Positions 40,846 to 55,285 of a stretch of DNA of 64,000 bases are shown here, piece by piece. Made by a program: the position numbers and the translations under genes. The stretch covers positions 108,934,001 to 108,998,000 of the forward strand of contig NC_043003.1 of the NCBI RefSeq assembly GCF_006345805.1. The letters are read 5' to 3'. The notes below the pieces were generated by a model. It made no database searches, was not told where the DNA came from, and saw only the letters and a list, made by a program, of their open reading frames with translations. Position 1 is the stretch's first letter, and the number at the start of each line of letters is the position of its first letter. The DNA is from Octopus sinensis. Its lineage: Eukaryota.

Positions 40846-41969
40846 AAATACATATACATACATACATTATTAATATATATATATAATAGTATATATTATT
40901 ATATATATATATGTGCTGGCTATGGCAACGTTCGGATGGTGGCACATAAGAGAACCATTCGAACATGGCCGTAGCCAGTACAGCATCGACTGGCTTCCGT
41001 AACAAACACCATCCGATCGTGGCCGTGCCAGCCCTGCCTGGCCTCCGTGCCGGTGGCACGTAAAAAACACCATCCGAGCGTGGCTGTTCACCAGCCTCGT
41101 CTGGCACCTGTGTCGGTGGCACATAAAAAGCACCCACTACACTCACGGAGTGGTTGGCGTTAGTTAGGAAGGGCATCCAGCTGTAGAAACACAGCCAGAT
41201 ATGACTGACCTGGTACAGCCTTCGGGCTTCCCAGACCCCAGTTGAACCGTCCAACCCATGCTAGCATGGAAAGCGGACGTTAAATGATGATGATGATGAT
41301 GATATACATACATACACAAATGCAAACACATTGAAACCATGGGGAAATGAAGACTACACAGTAAAAGATAAATGTCTTGCTTTTCCTATTCACATTTTTC
41401 TTTTTCAGTTTGTCTCTGATTACTATTTGAAGCCAAAGTTTTCAGTATACAAGATTCCGCATAAACTCACGCACGCAGGTACGCATGCACGCACAGGTAG
41501 ATAGAGGGGGAAATGTGGTAACACCCAACCCAATTAGCTATCAATAAGAACTCCACCCAAGCTCAGAGCTAACTCCTTACAACCCTATACGTAAAAGCCA
41601 CACAAACTCTAAAAGCATTGGAGGAAATCTAGAAAGACCTATTATTTTTTTAGAGGAGTGAGAGAGATTATTTTATTTGTTTTTTGCTGTATTTTTTAAA
41701 ATTATTTATCTAAAATTTTGCTTTTTTTGTTTTGTTTTTCTTTTACTTAATTTTAAAACAAAAATCTGATTATCAGCATGAAATCATGAAAGTAAGCCTT
41801 CCTAGAATTTTCGTTTACTGACAAGGAATTTTGAAAACTTTAGAAAAATAAAAGAAAACAAAAAAGAAAAGAAATTCTCAGAGAGTAGAAAGAATATTGA
41901 GAATTACAGCTTAAGACAATTGATTTCATATGCACCGTAATAACAACAACAACAACAATAGTGGTAATG

Positions 41970-42010
<41 letters not shown>

Positions 42011-42094
42011 CCATTCTTAATAATAAAGTAATAGTGAAATAAAAAGAGGTGGGAGTGAGAGGGAGATTGAAATGTATAGAGAGAATGAGATAAA

Positions 42095-42142
<48 letters not shown>

Positions 42143-42295
42143 ATTATTTGAATTTTAAATATATTTATTTTATACATGACATTTGCTTTCAGTTTAATAA
42201 AAATAAAATTCCTCAAATTAAATTTTGAACATTAATTTAGGATTGAATGAAGAAAGAATGTAAATATATATATTTTTTATTTAAACGAAGCTTGA

Positions 42296-42395
42296 NNNNN
42301 NNNNNNNNNNNNNNNNNNNNNNNNNNNNNNNNNNNNNNNNNNNNNNNNNNNNNNNNNNNNNNNNNNNNNNNNNNNNNNNNNNNNNNNNNNNNNNN
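42296..42395. other. Assembly gap (100 N)
   Basis: Run of 100 N. Confidence 1.
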
Positions 42396-43827
42396 TTTAG
42401 TTTTTAACTCCTATTTGAATGTTAATGTTAATTAAAAAAAAAAAATTAATAATAAATATATTATAATCACAGTCTTAAAAAACAATAACTATTGGATTCA
42501 AAATACAGATAAGCAAAGAAACAAAACTGAATATATATATATATATATATCTGGCCTTCGTGCCGATGGCATGTTAAGCACACCATTCAAGGGTGATCGT
42601 TACCGCATTGCCTTCCTAGCACTTGTGCTGGTGACACATGAAACATTCGAGCGAGGTCGTCGCCAGTGCCGCTGGACTGGCTCCTGTGCAGGTGGCACGT
42701 TAAAAGCACCATTTGGGCATGGCTGTTGCCAGTGCCACCAAACTAGCCCTCGTGCTGGTGGCACGTAAAAGCACCCACTACACTCTCTGAGTGGTTGGCA
42801 TTAGGAAGGGCATCCAGCTGTTGAAACTCTGCCAGATCAGATTGGAATTTGGTTTGCCAAACCTCAGTCAAATCATCCAACCCATGCTAGCATGGAAAGC
42901 GGACGTTAAATGATGATATATATATATATGTCTCTCTCTCTCACTGGGTAACCATGTACCTCCTCTGTAGCAAGACACCTATTTCAGACTCTCTATTTCT
43001 TTATTACACTCTAACCTTTCCTCATCAGATACGGGATCACATCCTCCAATGCTCCCTCTGTTATAGCATGTCACCTATTTCTGCCTCTCTGTCTCTCGGT
43101 CACACTCTAACCTTTCATCCTCTGACACAAGTTCCCCTCCTCAAATTCCCCTGCTCCTCTCACAATTCCTTGTCTTGTGAGTTACTTGGTGACTCTGACA
43201 GTGCTGGTGTCATGTAAAAAGCATCCAGTCCACACTAAAGTGGTCGGCATCTGGAAGGGCATCCAGCTGTAAAAATCATGCCAAAACGAACCTTGCCTGT
43301 GCTAGTGCCACGTAAAAAGCACCGAGTCCACTCTGCAGGGTGGTTGGTGTTTGGTAAAAACCCTGCCAAAACAGACACAGTGGCCTGGGGTAGTTTTCTA
43401 CCTGGCTGACTCCTGTCAACCATCCTACCCATGCATGTATGGAAGATGGACGTTAAACCGATGATGATGATGATGATATATATTTCTCTTATCTTTTACT
43501 TGTTTCAGTCATTAGACTGTGGCCATGCTGGGCAATAGCTTGAAATTTTAGTCAAATGAATTGATCCCAGAACTATTTTTTAAAGCCTGGTACTTATTCT
43601 ATCAGTCACTTTTGCTGAACCGTTAAGTTATGGGGATGCAAACACAGACTGAAAGACACACACATATAGATATAGATATATATATATATATATGATGGGC
43701 TTCTTTAAGTGTCTGTCTGCCAGATCCACTCACAGGGCTTTGATCGGCCTGGGGCTATTGCCCAAGGTGCCACACAGTAGGAATGAACCCAGAAACATGT
43801 GGATAGGAAACAAACTTCACACACATA

Positions 43828-44048
43828 CAGGGTTGGCCAAAAGTCACCTGGCAGTAAATGAAAACCATTTAATTCCAATTTTTATTTATGTTTACCAACT
43901 GAATGGATTTAATAAAAGCATCCAAATATGAAACATCATGAAAATTGTCCTTCTTGTAAACATTCATAACTGGAATGAATAAACAAAATTGAATATTAAG
44001 TATTTATGGAATTTTGATTTACTGTCGGGTGACTTTTGGCCAACCCTG
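43828..44048. mobile_element. 221-bp Tc1/mariner-type MITE
   Basis: TIR CAGGGTTGGCCAAAAGTCACC at both ends, extending with mismatches to CAGTAAAT; TA on both sides. Confidence 0.9.
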
Positions 44049-44054
44049 TATATA

Positions 44055-44098
<44 letters not shown>

Positions 44099-44708
44099 AA
44101 AGAGGCGAGGCAATAACACACACACAGACAGACACAAATATAATAAATATGATGAGTTAGCTATATTGACAAGAGCAATAATATAGGTATGAAACTAATG
44201 GTAGCTATATGTTAATCAATGACTACATATAATCCAGACGTTCACACACACATACATATATACGACGAGCATTTTTCAGTCTCTGTCTAAATCCACTCAC
44301 AAGGCTTTAGCCAGCCCGGGGCTATAACAGAAGATACTTGCCCAAGGTACCACACAGTGGGACTGAATCTGACACCTTGTAGTTGGGAAACAATCATCTT
44401 ACCACACAGCCATACCTGCATCTTGCATGCATAAATCAACTATGCCGGGATTAGCATCACAACTTGCTCATAGATTCCATGTTTGATTTGAATTCTACAT
44501 CTGGATTCTCTTCTAAACCACTTTATAGTGAGTAAAGGATACATTTTATTGTGCCACCAGTGCTATAGTAGGGTGGGGCCGTTTTAGGTACTCATCTGCA
44601 TCAAGCTACCATCCAGGATTAAATCAATCTGACCTGGTATTACAGGTAGGTTCATTAGAAATGGAGAAGGAGGCATCAAAAATGTATTGATAAAAGAATC
44701 AGGGTTAT

Positions 44709-45139
44709 ACTCTTTACTCTTTTACTTGTCTCAGTCATTTGACTGTGGCCATGCTGGAGCACCACCTTTAGTCGAGCAAATCGACCCCAGGACTTATTCT
44801 TTGTAAACCTAGTACTTATTCTATCGGTCTCTTTTGCCGAACTGCTAAGTTACAGGGACGTAAACACACAAGCATCGGTTGTCAAGCGATGTTGGAGGGA
44901 CAAACACAGACACACAAACATATACACGCACACATACATATACATACATATACATACATATATATATATATATACGACAGTCTTCTTTCAGTTTCTGTCT
45001 ACCAAATCCACTCACAAGGCTTTGGTCAGCCCGAGGCTATAGTAGAAGACACTTGACCAAGGTGCCACGCAGTGGGTCTGAACCCGGAATCATGTGGTTT
45101 GTAAGCAAGCTACTTACCATACAGCCACTCCTGCGCCTA
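44709..45139 (-). mobile_element. SINE family A, full length
   Basis: Reverse complement runs from GGCGCAGGAGTGGCTGT to the GTAAAAGAG tail. Confidence 0.9.
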
Positions 45140-45359
45140 TAGTTAAAAGAGTTAGAGTAGTTAGGAATTTTCTGTTAAGAGATTATGATTTGTGAAAACT
45201 ATCTTTGACCACATTTTCCACATGGCTAGCAATCATTTCTGCAAAGAGTTAATGTTGTTGTTGCTGTTATTTAGATTTTAGATCAGTTTTGATCTTATGA
45301 TCACCAACATTCCAGCCATAACCTCTTCATATATATACTGGTATCCAGGATTACATTAT

Positions 45360-45590
45360 CGTGAGCTGGCAGAATCGTTAGCATGCTGGGCGAAATGCTT
45401 AGTGGTATTTCGTCTGCCGTTACGTTCTGAGTTCAATTCCTGCCGAGGTCAACTTTGCCTTTCATCCTTTCGGGGTCGATAAATTAAGTACCAGTTATGC
45501 ACTGGGGTCAGTGTAATCGACTTAGTCCCTTTGTCTGTCCTTGTTTGTCCCGTCTATGTGTAGCCCCTTGTGGGCAATAAAGAAACAGAT
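45360..45590 (+). mobile_element. SINE family B monomer
   Basis: GAGCTGGCAGAATCGTTAGC head through GGGCAATAAAGAAA tail. Confidence 0.85.
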
Positions 45591-46725
45591 ATCCAGGATT
45601 ACATTATCCAGATCACTTGACCTTTTTACCTCCTAAGTGAAGAGGAGGATAAATTGAGGTAAATTTTGAGTGTTATTTCTAAAATGCCATGCTATCTTAT
45701 GGCAGGCTTTGACAGTTGGAGATATTTTTCAGTCGGTTTCAAATACTTCAAACATCAGTCACCATTTTCAGCTGCCATATTTCTATGCACACATGTGCTC
45801 AGGTGCGATTCAACTTTACTAATCTTTAACTTACAATGGGTTCCAGCACCCTTATCCAGAATATTCTACAAGTTAGAGTATGACTAGCAAACAAATCATT
45901 TGCAATATAATGAAATATAATGATTTAACCAAAATATGACAAAACAGAGTAAGTCGAAAATAGAAAAATGAGTTGCGACATCACTGGTGCCGAGCTGTAA
46001 AGGCCTTTGCCTTGGATAACACTGGTGGCATGAAGAGGGCAGGCTTGTATACATAGGTGGCTGCTAGTCATCCATACACAACTTTGCCTAGACTTGTGCC
46101 TCAGAGGGTAACTTTCTAGGTGCAATCCCATGGTCATTCATGGCCGAAGGGGATCTTTAGCATTTCTTCACACATAATGCATCACAGAAATACAGTCAAT
46201 GTTGAGGCATCTCTGATCCAGTCTACAGACTTCAGCCGGAACCCATAAGGAGTAGTACAGTATGTGAGAATGAAATAACTCAACCAAGAATCGAACCTGT
46301 TACTGTAGACTCATCTGACCAACTTTCTACGGCACACTCACACAAACATCCTCAGCCGAGCCGCTTCTGCCTACCACCAAAAAAGAAAAAAAAAAGGTAG
46401 GCTCTTAACATTAATAAGGTCTTTCTGAAGGAATTTCACACACTTGACATATTCTGCAAGATGTCAATAATTAACCATCATAAGACAAATAGGATTGCTC
46501 TTTTGGCTGGCAATTTTTGAACTGGAAAAACAAACTAAGCTTTCCAAGAATGCACACCTATGCACATAAATTCCTGCTGATTAACCAAGAAGTAATAAAT
46601 CACAGAAGTCAGTACCTAAAGGTAGAGTTTTCTATTTTACATTATAACTGAAAGGCTTGGAAGTTTTAATGGCAACACTCAACAGATGCCACCACCACCA
46701 TCACCACTGCTCCTGCTACCCACAC

Positions 46726-47085
46726 CTATTTCTTTACTACCCACAAGGGGCTAAACATAGAGGGGACAAACAAGGACAGACAAACAGATTAAGTCGATTA
46801 TATTGACCCCAGTGCGTAACTGGTACTTTATTTATCGACCCCGAAAAGATGAAAGGCAAAGTCAACCTCGGCAGAATTTCAACACAGAACGTAGCAGCAG
46901 ACGAAATACCTATTTCTTTACTACCCACAAAGGGCTAAACACAGTACTGGTACTTTTTTAATCGACCCCGAAAGGATGAAAGGCAAAGTTGACCTTGCCA
47001 GAATTTGAACTCATGACGTAACAGCAGACAAAATACTGCTAAGCATTTCGCCCGGTGTGCTAACCACTCTGCCAGCTCTACTACC
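46726..47085 (-). mobile_element. SINE family B multimer
   Basis: Two bodies joined at the same GAAATAGG|TATTT(C/T)GTCTG junction seen at ~28980. Confidence 0.8.
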
Positions 47086-47405
47086 GCCACCACCATCCCT
47101 GCTGTGGCTGCTGCCACCACCACCACCACCACCACCATCCCTGCCGTGGCTGCTGCCACCACCACCACCACCATCATCATCATCATTTTAACATCCACTT
47201 TTCCATGGAATTTGTTGAGGCAGATTTTCTACAGCTTGATGCTCTTCGTGTCACCAACCCTCACCTATTTCTAGGTAAGGATTTGCTTTCCCATTACCAG
47301 ACATGTTTTCACGGACGATTGGAAATGAAAAACACTGCATGAGCGATGGTGACACTACAACTACCACACAATGTCAAAGCAAGGAGATAGCAATCCTCCA
47401 CCACT

Positions 47406-47440
<35 letters not shown>

Positions 47441-48039
47441 CATACACAATAGACTTTTTTCGGTTTCTGTCAACCAAATCTGCTCCCTAGGCTTTAATAG
47501 GCCCGAGGCTATAGTAGGAGACACTTGCTTAAGGTGCCACGCAGTGCGACTGAACCCAGAACAAACAATGTGGCTAGAAAGCAAACTTCTTACTACACAA
47601 CCATAACCATCATCATCATCATCATCATTTAACGTCCACTTTTCATGCTGGCATGGGTGGGATGGTTTGACAAGAGCCAACCAGGCAGAAGCCTGCACCA
47701 GACTTCTGTGACTGTTTTGGCAGGATTTTTACAGCTGGATGCACTTTCTAATACCAACCACCCAGCAGAGTGGACTTAGTGTTTTTTATGAGGAACAAGC
47801 ACAGGTGAGGTCAATTTTGACAATGTTTTTACAGCTGGATGACCTTCCAAATGCCAACCACTTTACAGTGTGGACTGGATGCTTTATATATACATTAATC
47901 GAAGTGTACAATATTATATATCCATTACAGCTGATCCTACCAATAGGTTTTGCACCAGGGGCTCAATGAAGTGTTAGGTGACAGTTCAATTATGTAACTC
48001 TGTGCTCTTCAGAGGTAGCCAATTTATGTGTGTGTGTGT

Positions 48040-48340
48040 GTGAAGGTGTGTGGCTCAGTGGTTAGGTTACTCACATCACAATCAAAAGGTCACGTGTTTG
48101 ATGTACCTGGTAGCATGTTGTGTCCTTGAGCAAGACACTTTATTTCATGTTGCTCATGTTCACTCAGCTGGCAAAAATGAGTTGTACCAGTAATTCAAAG
48201 GGTCAGCCTTGTCACATTCTGTGTCATGCTGAATCTTCCTGAGAACTACATTAAGGGTACACATGTCCATGGAGCGCTCAGCAGTCACTTGAATGTTAAT
48301 TTCACAAGCAGGCTTTTCTGTAGAAAAATTCAACTGGAAC
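48040..48340 (+). mobile_element. tRNA-headed SINE family E with CORE/V-like motif
   Basis: TGGCTCAGTGGTTAG head followed by TTGTGTCCTTGAGCAAGACACTTT. Minus-strand relative at ~53800-54160. Confidence 0.65.
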
Positions 48341-48362
48341 CTTTGTCATTGTAAGCGAGTGC

Positions 48363-48407
<45 letters not shown>

Positions 48408-48420
48408 GTGTGTGTGTGTG

Positions 48421-48458
<38 letters not shown>

Positions 48459-49197
48459 ATGATGTATAGTTGAACCCAAAACCACACGCTTGCAAATTAA
48501 GCTTCTTAACGATAAGCACATAGCCAAGTCTGATGACTGCTTATCAATTTTGATTTCAAATATTTTACATAATTATTAATTTCAAATTTTAATGTATTGC
48601 TTTGCAATTTTTAAATTTAATTTTTTTTTCTGACCAATAATAAAACCATTAAAAATTGACAAATTTTATTTAAAATTTCATTTAAAAATAAGAAACAGGG
48701 GAGAAAAATGATAGAAATTCCCATTACTGGTTTGTATCTAATTCAATGATGGAAGTCAAAAGAGAGAAAAGAAAGAGATAGAGAGAGAGAGAGAAAGAGA
48801 GAGAAAATGATAGAAAAGAAAAAGATACTAGAAGAAGAATAAAAGAAGCATAAGGAAAAAAAAATGTCCATAGTAACTATCTCTAAAAAATAAACCAACA
48901 AAAGCCTTCCAAAGTGAAATCAATTCTTAAATAGAGTGGACGTCAGAGGAATATGGTGAAAATCTGCATATTATCTATCATATTGCCAAAAAGATAGCTA
49001 TCAGGAAATCTCCAGCCACATATTTCCACAGAGAGAAATAAAAAGCATCAAATTTCTAGGATATCTCGAGTGATATGATGCATGATGTCAACTCACCTTG
49101 AAATTACAACTCACTGAACAAATAATGGAATTTCTACGCAATTTCCTGGTTAATAGTCTCACACACTAAAAAAAAATGGTGGCTTAAATCATTTTGT

Positions 49198-49245
<48 letters not shown>

Positions 49246-50974
49246 TTAAAAAAAAGAAAGAAAACAAGTTAAAGTAAAACAAAAAACAGGAAAAATAGAA
49301 GGAAACGTCTTTTACACTTAGAGCACACACTCCATCTATCTATATATATACATATATATGTGTGTATATTATATCAGCTATTCTACTCTAATACATACAT
49401 GTGTGCAAGTATACTAGAATAACTGTTTTCTTTTGTTTTTTCTTATCTTTTGGTTTTTCCACAAGAAAATATAATGATCAATTCACAATTTTGGTTTCCT
49501 TTATTTATTTATTTTTCAAGAAAGGTGGGTCACAAAACCTACCAAGGGCAATTAAATTATTTTCCAATGTTACGGAAAAGTTCTGGTTCAAATACTTTTA
49601 TGCCAATTTGTGATTTGTGAAACAGCAAGCCTACTTCAATTCTTGCTAATTACACACACTTTCAAAGAAAGACACAAGAACCTGAAACTACACAAAAATC
49701 TGGCCATATTATTTATACACAATTGCATGGTGACATAACTAGTGTTGATGCCATGAAAACATGCACCCAGTACATGTTGTAAAGTGGTTGTTGTTAGGAA
49801 GGCCATGCAGCCATAGAAACCATGCCAAAGCAGACACTGGTGTATGATGCCGTCTTCAAACTCCATGTGGTTCCTCCTATCAAACTGTCAATTCCAAGCC
49901 AGCATGGAACCTGAATTTTAAATGATCTTGGTGATGATGATGATGCATTACCTATTTCTTTACTACCCACAAGGGGCAAACTTTACTACCTACAGAGAGG
50001 ACAAACAAGGACAGACAAATGGATTAAGTCGATTACATTGACCCCAGTGCATAACTGGTACTTAATTTATCAACCTCGAAAGGATGAAGGGCAAAGTCGA
50101 CCTTGGCGGAATTTGAACTCAGAACGTAACGGCAGACAAAATACGGCTACACATTTCGCCCGGCGTACTAGCATTTCTGCCAGCTTGCCTTACCATGTAC
50201 CTAAAATACAGATATGAGAACTATTTATTTCTACAGGTCCCTGAAAATTTGTGAAATGCAAATTCCTGGCTGGTTTGGAAAAGCAATCACAAAAATTATG
50301 TATTATGGGCACACGTGGGAAATGGTTTCACTCATGTATTCATAGCCATTACTTAACTAACTTCACAGGAATTTGTTTCCCTCTTTTAATTCTCTTGAGA
50401 CTGCTTTTAGTTATCAGATACAAGCTTAATGTTTTTGAAGTGTTCTCTATCAAAACCTTCCAGAAATTTCTTAATATAAATTCCAAACATCAGCTTAATA
50501 ATGACTAAGTTATTTTACTGCATTTGTTATTATTTTAAAATCAAAGTAAAACAAAGCAGCGCATTTCAACAGAAACAGGATAACAAAAAGATTAATATGA
50601 CAATCAAATATAACCAATTAAAATTTCATGACTGTTAACGGTGGGAAGCAGTGTCATATACCAAAGTATCTTTTGTTGGGACGAAATATTGAAGACCAAT
50701 CTCAAAACGCTGAGCTTTATGAAGATGAGAGAGGACTAAAATATGTGGTGCCTTGTTGTACTCAAGAAGCCCTACCCACGACAACGAAATTGAGATCCTA
50801 AAACCCAGGTAGCATATAAAAAACATTGTGCTACGTAAAAAGCACCGAGTACACTCTGCAAAATGATTGGTGTTAGTTTGGGCAGATCCACCTGTAGAAA
50901 CCAAACCAGAACAGACTATGGAAGCTGGTAAATATATCTATACACACACACACACATATGTATATATATGTATA

Positions 50975-51370
50975 GGCGTAGGAGTGGCTGTGTGGTAAGT
51001 AGCTTGCTTATGAACCACATGGTTCCGGGTTCAGCCCCACTGCGTGGCACCATGGGTAAGTGTCTTCTACTATAGCCTCGGGCTGACCAAAGCCTTGTGA
51101 GTGAATTTGGTAGACGGAAACTGAAAGAAGCCTGTCGTATATATATATATATATATATGTGTGTGTTTGTGTGTCTGTGTTTGTCTCCCTAACATTGCTT
51201 GACAACCGATGCTGGTGTGTTTACGTCCCCGTAACTTAGCGGTTCGGCAAAAAAGAGACCGATAAAATAAGTACTGGGCTTACAAAGAATAAGTCCTGGG
51301 GTCGATTTGATCGACTAAAGGCGGTGCTCCAGCATGGCCACAGTCACATGACTGAAACAAGTAAAAGAGT
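50975..51370 (+). mobile_element. SINE family A, full length
   Basis: GGCGTAGGAGTGGCTGTGTGG head, B-box-like GGTTCAGCCCC, complete tail. Confidence 0.9.
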
Positions 51371-52282
51371 ATATATACACACACACATATACAGATACAC
51401 AACAAGCTTCTTTCATTTTCTGTCAACCAAATCTGAGGCTATAGTAGAAGACACTTGACCAAGGTGCCATACAGTGGGACTGAACTTGAAACCATGTGGT
51501 TGGGAACCAAGCTTCTTATCTCATAGCCACACCTGCTCTATCCAGACTGTTTTCAACTTTAAATTCATTGTATCAGCTAAATACGTTTCCAAGTTATTCT
51601 ACACATAGATCTGAGCTCAGTTGAGCAAATTGATGATATACATATCACACGCCTGCTTTAGGATATCCTATGGCTTTTTGGGTCATGGAGAGATATAATT
51701 TAAGCTTGTAAGTTGTGTTTTATGCAGTGCATCTTGAAAGAATCCCCTAGGAATCAATATGTGTCCAAATTGTTCTTTGTGTTTATATTTAAATGAAATA
51801 CCACTCTGCAAGTTGGTTTGTGTTAGGAAGGGCATCCAGCCATAAAAACCCCGTCGAAACCCACGTAGAAGTCTGGTGCAGGCTCCCACCAGGCCAGCTC
51901 CTGTCAAACCATCCAACCCATGCCAGCATGGAAGGCAGATGTTAAATGATAATGATGATGATGATGGATATCCTGAACTGATATAACACTTGTCTATATT
52001 GCTGTAAGTCCTTATAAGCTATTAGTCAGAATCATATCAAAGAAGCTTATCTTTATTCAGAGTGTCTACAGAAAAAATATATATATACATATATCAGCTT
52101 AATGCTACCCAATTCATTCATCAGCAGACCTCAATTAAGTCATAACCATAAAGAGAATTTAACCCAGGACTAACAAAACAGATTCTCAATTCATTCGTAC
52201 ATATCCTGGCTAGGTCACCATCACATTTTATCCTAGCAGAGGTGATAAAATAAAGTACTAGGGTTTATTTAATCAATTAACC

Positions 52283-53777
52283 CATAGCTTCCCAAAGTGG
52301 GCGATATTGCTCACCGGTGGGTGATTTCAACTTACAGGTGGGCGATGGGCGAATTTCTAGAAAATGGTGGGTGATATGAACATTTTGCGGGTGACAATGT
52401 TTAGAAATTAAGTCTGCATTTACTGATATCTAGGCAGGCCTAGAATAAGGATGCACTTTTATCAATTTGACTACTCTCATGAGACATCCCTTCGTATTAA
52501 AAACGCAGACTTGTTTATCGATTGAATATTTTTGTTGCAGTCATTGAGATGGTTGTCGTGTGTGTTAAAAATAGCAGCCAAATAGGCCTAGGCCTTAAAT
52601 CACACTCCACTACAATTTTTTTTTTTTGGCATAATCGTATGAAGTCCCGTGTGTAGAATTCAAATTCACAAAACTTTTCTGAAAACTCCGGAAAGTAAAA
52701 GTTATGAGGGGTTATATGTTGTGTGTAATTCTGTGGTTTCATAGCAAAACACAAGTGCTATTTTCAGGATGTTGACAAAATGCGCAGTCACGCACAAAAT
52801 GACAGCTTTGAAATCATATTTCTTGACTGGGTGAAAATGATCAAACTTTAAACCTCTATAACTTTTTAAAAACATTTTTCTGGGAAAAGCTGAATAACTC
52901 CAGCAATTTAGCTTTAAATTAATGTGCCAAATTTTAAAATTTGCGATAAACTTTAATTTTTGAAATGCTGGCAGCCAAACGAACTAGATCTGTATTTATT
53001 CCAGTTAAGGTGTATCACCTGACTCTGCTCTACTGACTTCTCTTTTTGGAATACCATACTGCCTTTCTGATGCCGTCCCGTCCGTAGAAATCTGTTTTCA
53101 CATTTTCATTTTACTGATGTCCGCTGTCAAGGAAATTTGCTGACAGTACAATAGTGATTGTTTATCATTTGGATTTATTCCCTCTCCTCAGAACTGTCAG
53201 TTACCAAAGTGTCTTCTTTGCATCAAACATTGACCAACAAAGCAATGAAAGCGTCACGCTTGAAGAATCCCTTTGATGCAAAGTATTCTGATAAGAAGGA
53301 CAAGCCGTTGTCATACTTTTTGCAGCTGAGCTCCTCTTTCAAGAAGTAAATACAAACATTCAACACACAACTCCAGGAAACTAGTAAACAGGAGAATGAC
53401 GGGTTGATTGCATCGTACAACATTGCATTGCTTGTTGCTAAGTCTGGGAAGTTTCACACAATTGGAGAAACATTACTTTGCTCAGTGAAATATATCTGAA
53501 AAATATAGAGTTAACGTCAGAACTTTATTGGCACTAATGGCAAAACTAAACCCACAATAAGGGATTTGTAAAACAATTGCATATTTAGTACTAACGGCAC
53601 TAACAAGGCAATGAGTCTATGATATAGTGTGTGTGTTAAATGATATGGGTGGGGGCTACAGATTTTGTGTTGGTGGGGCTGTATCAGGTTTTTTTTTACA
53701 CAGGTGGGTGATGGAGCATTTTTCGGCCGATAGGTGGGCGATATTGCAATTTGGCATGAAAAGTTTGGGAAACACTG
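52283..53777 (+). mobile_element. Decayed hAT (Charlie/Buster-like) transposon with transposase remnant at ~53190-53490
   Basis: Termini CATAGCTTCCCAAA and TTTGGGAAACACTG; TSD AATTAACC/AATTAAAC (7/8). Peptide LTNKAMKASRLKN..KDKPLSYF..*..GLIASYNIALLVAKSGKFHTIGE matches the Buster/ZBED5-type N-terminal region. Confidence 0.8.
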
Positions 53778-54821
53778 AATTAAACTCTTCCTCTGAGTAT
53801 ACGACCTTCTCATGTTAAAGGGTAAAGACCTCTTTCAGTCATGAATGACCATGGGATTGCACCTAGAAAGTCCCCATCCAAGGTACAAGTCCAGGCAAGG
53901 TCATTTATGGAAGACCAGCAGTCACCCGTACATGCCAGCCTCCCCTCTCCATGCCACCAATGTTATCCAAGGAAAAGGCAATGGCTGATACAGCTTGGTA
54001 CCAGTAATGTCTCAACTCTTTTCCACAGCTGAGTGACCTAGAGCAATGTAAAATAAAGTGTCTTGCTCAAGAAAATGATACACAGCTTGGTCTGGGCTTT
54101 GAACTCACTACTTCATGACTGTCAGCCTGATACGCTAATTACTGAGCCATGCACCTTCACCCCCCCCCATGTTAAAATATCACTACTATGATATAATATG
54201 TAAGCAACAGCTTTGCTAATGATGTCATTTGCTTGCAGTCCACTGCAGCAGAAGGTCTGAGCTTCTTGACATGCCTTGACACGTTGCACAATTTTCAATA
54301 ACAAAATCACTTGTTTCAATCTCTGTGTCATTTGTTTCCAGTTCTTTACATAAACATGTCTGGGTTGTTTATTTTACGATACACTAGGAAGTTATTACTT
54401 CACTTGGAAACTGATAGACATTGGCCAGCATGGAAGAGGAGATATTAAAATAATGATAATGATGTACCAGTACTGAAGCCAATATAATCAATTTCAGCCC
54501 TTGCCAGAAATGTGAATCATTGAACCACTAAGAGAAATCAATAAAATAATACTATTGCTTCTTATATCAGAGTGTTGGGGTCACTGTGAAGTACTTACAA
54601 TCTAAAAACAAGGGAGATAACTCAAATCAGATCATCTGACAAAATTTCAGGCCAATATATATACAATGAAGATTAAAGTGAATCTAGTTTATAAAGCTAA
54701 CTGAAGAAAACAAGACATGTTTCAGTCTTATTATACCTCTCCAGTAAAACACATTCTACTCAGTTGGCAAGAATGAAAGTGATCAACATGTAAATTATTT
54801 ACATTATTTACAATTGACAGA

Positions 54822-55125
54822 TATTTGTCCTCATCTTGTTTGTTGTTAACATGTTTCAGCTGATATACCCTCCAGCCTTCATCAGGTGTCTTGGGAAAAT
54901 TTCAAACCTGGGTTCTCATTCCCAAGGTATTTTTTCAATGTTGTTATTACTATTATTATTATTATTATTATTATCATTATTATTCTGGTCACTGCCTGGA
55001 ATCGAACTCGGAATCTTGACATTAGTAGCCTGCACTCTTAACCACTACGCCCATGGGCATATGGCATAGTGGTTAAGAGCGCAGGCTACTAACCCCAAGA
55101 TTCCGAGTTCGATTCCAGGCAGTGA

Positions 55126-55156
<31 letters not shown>

Positions 55157-55285
55157 GATAATAACAACATCGAAAAATACCTTTGGAATGAGAACCCAGG
55201 TTCGAAATTTCCCCAAGACACCTGATGAAGGCTGGTGGGTATATCAGCCAAAACATGTTAACAACAAACAAGATGAGGACAAATA
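54822..55285. mobile_element. Head-to-head inverted pair of a tRNA-headed SINE with (AAT)n linker and hammerhead-like tail
   Basis: Arms ~54822-55050 (minus) and ~55062-55285 (plus). Head GGC(G/A)TAGTGGTTAAG...GAGTTCGATTCC; tail CTGATGAAGGCTG..CAGC(C/T)(G/A)AAAC. Confidence 0.8.

Noticed and set aside
44560-44647. AIVGWGRF..LVLQ resembling a serine-protease GWG motif
   Set aside because: Single short motif with no neighbouring exons carrying the catalytic His/Asp/Ser motifs.
55062-55130. tRNA-like sequences here and at 57285
   Set aside because: A and B boxes are present but no convincing acceptor stem, and they run into SINE bodies; treated as SINE heads.
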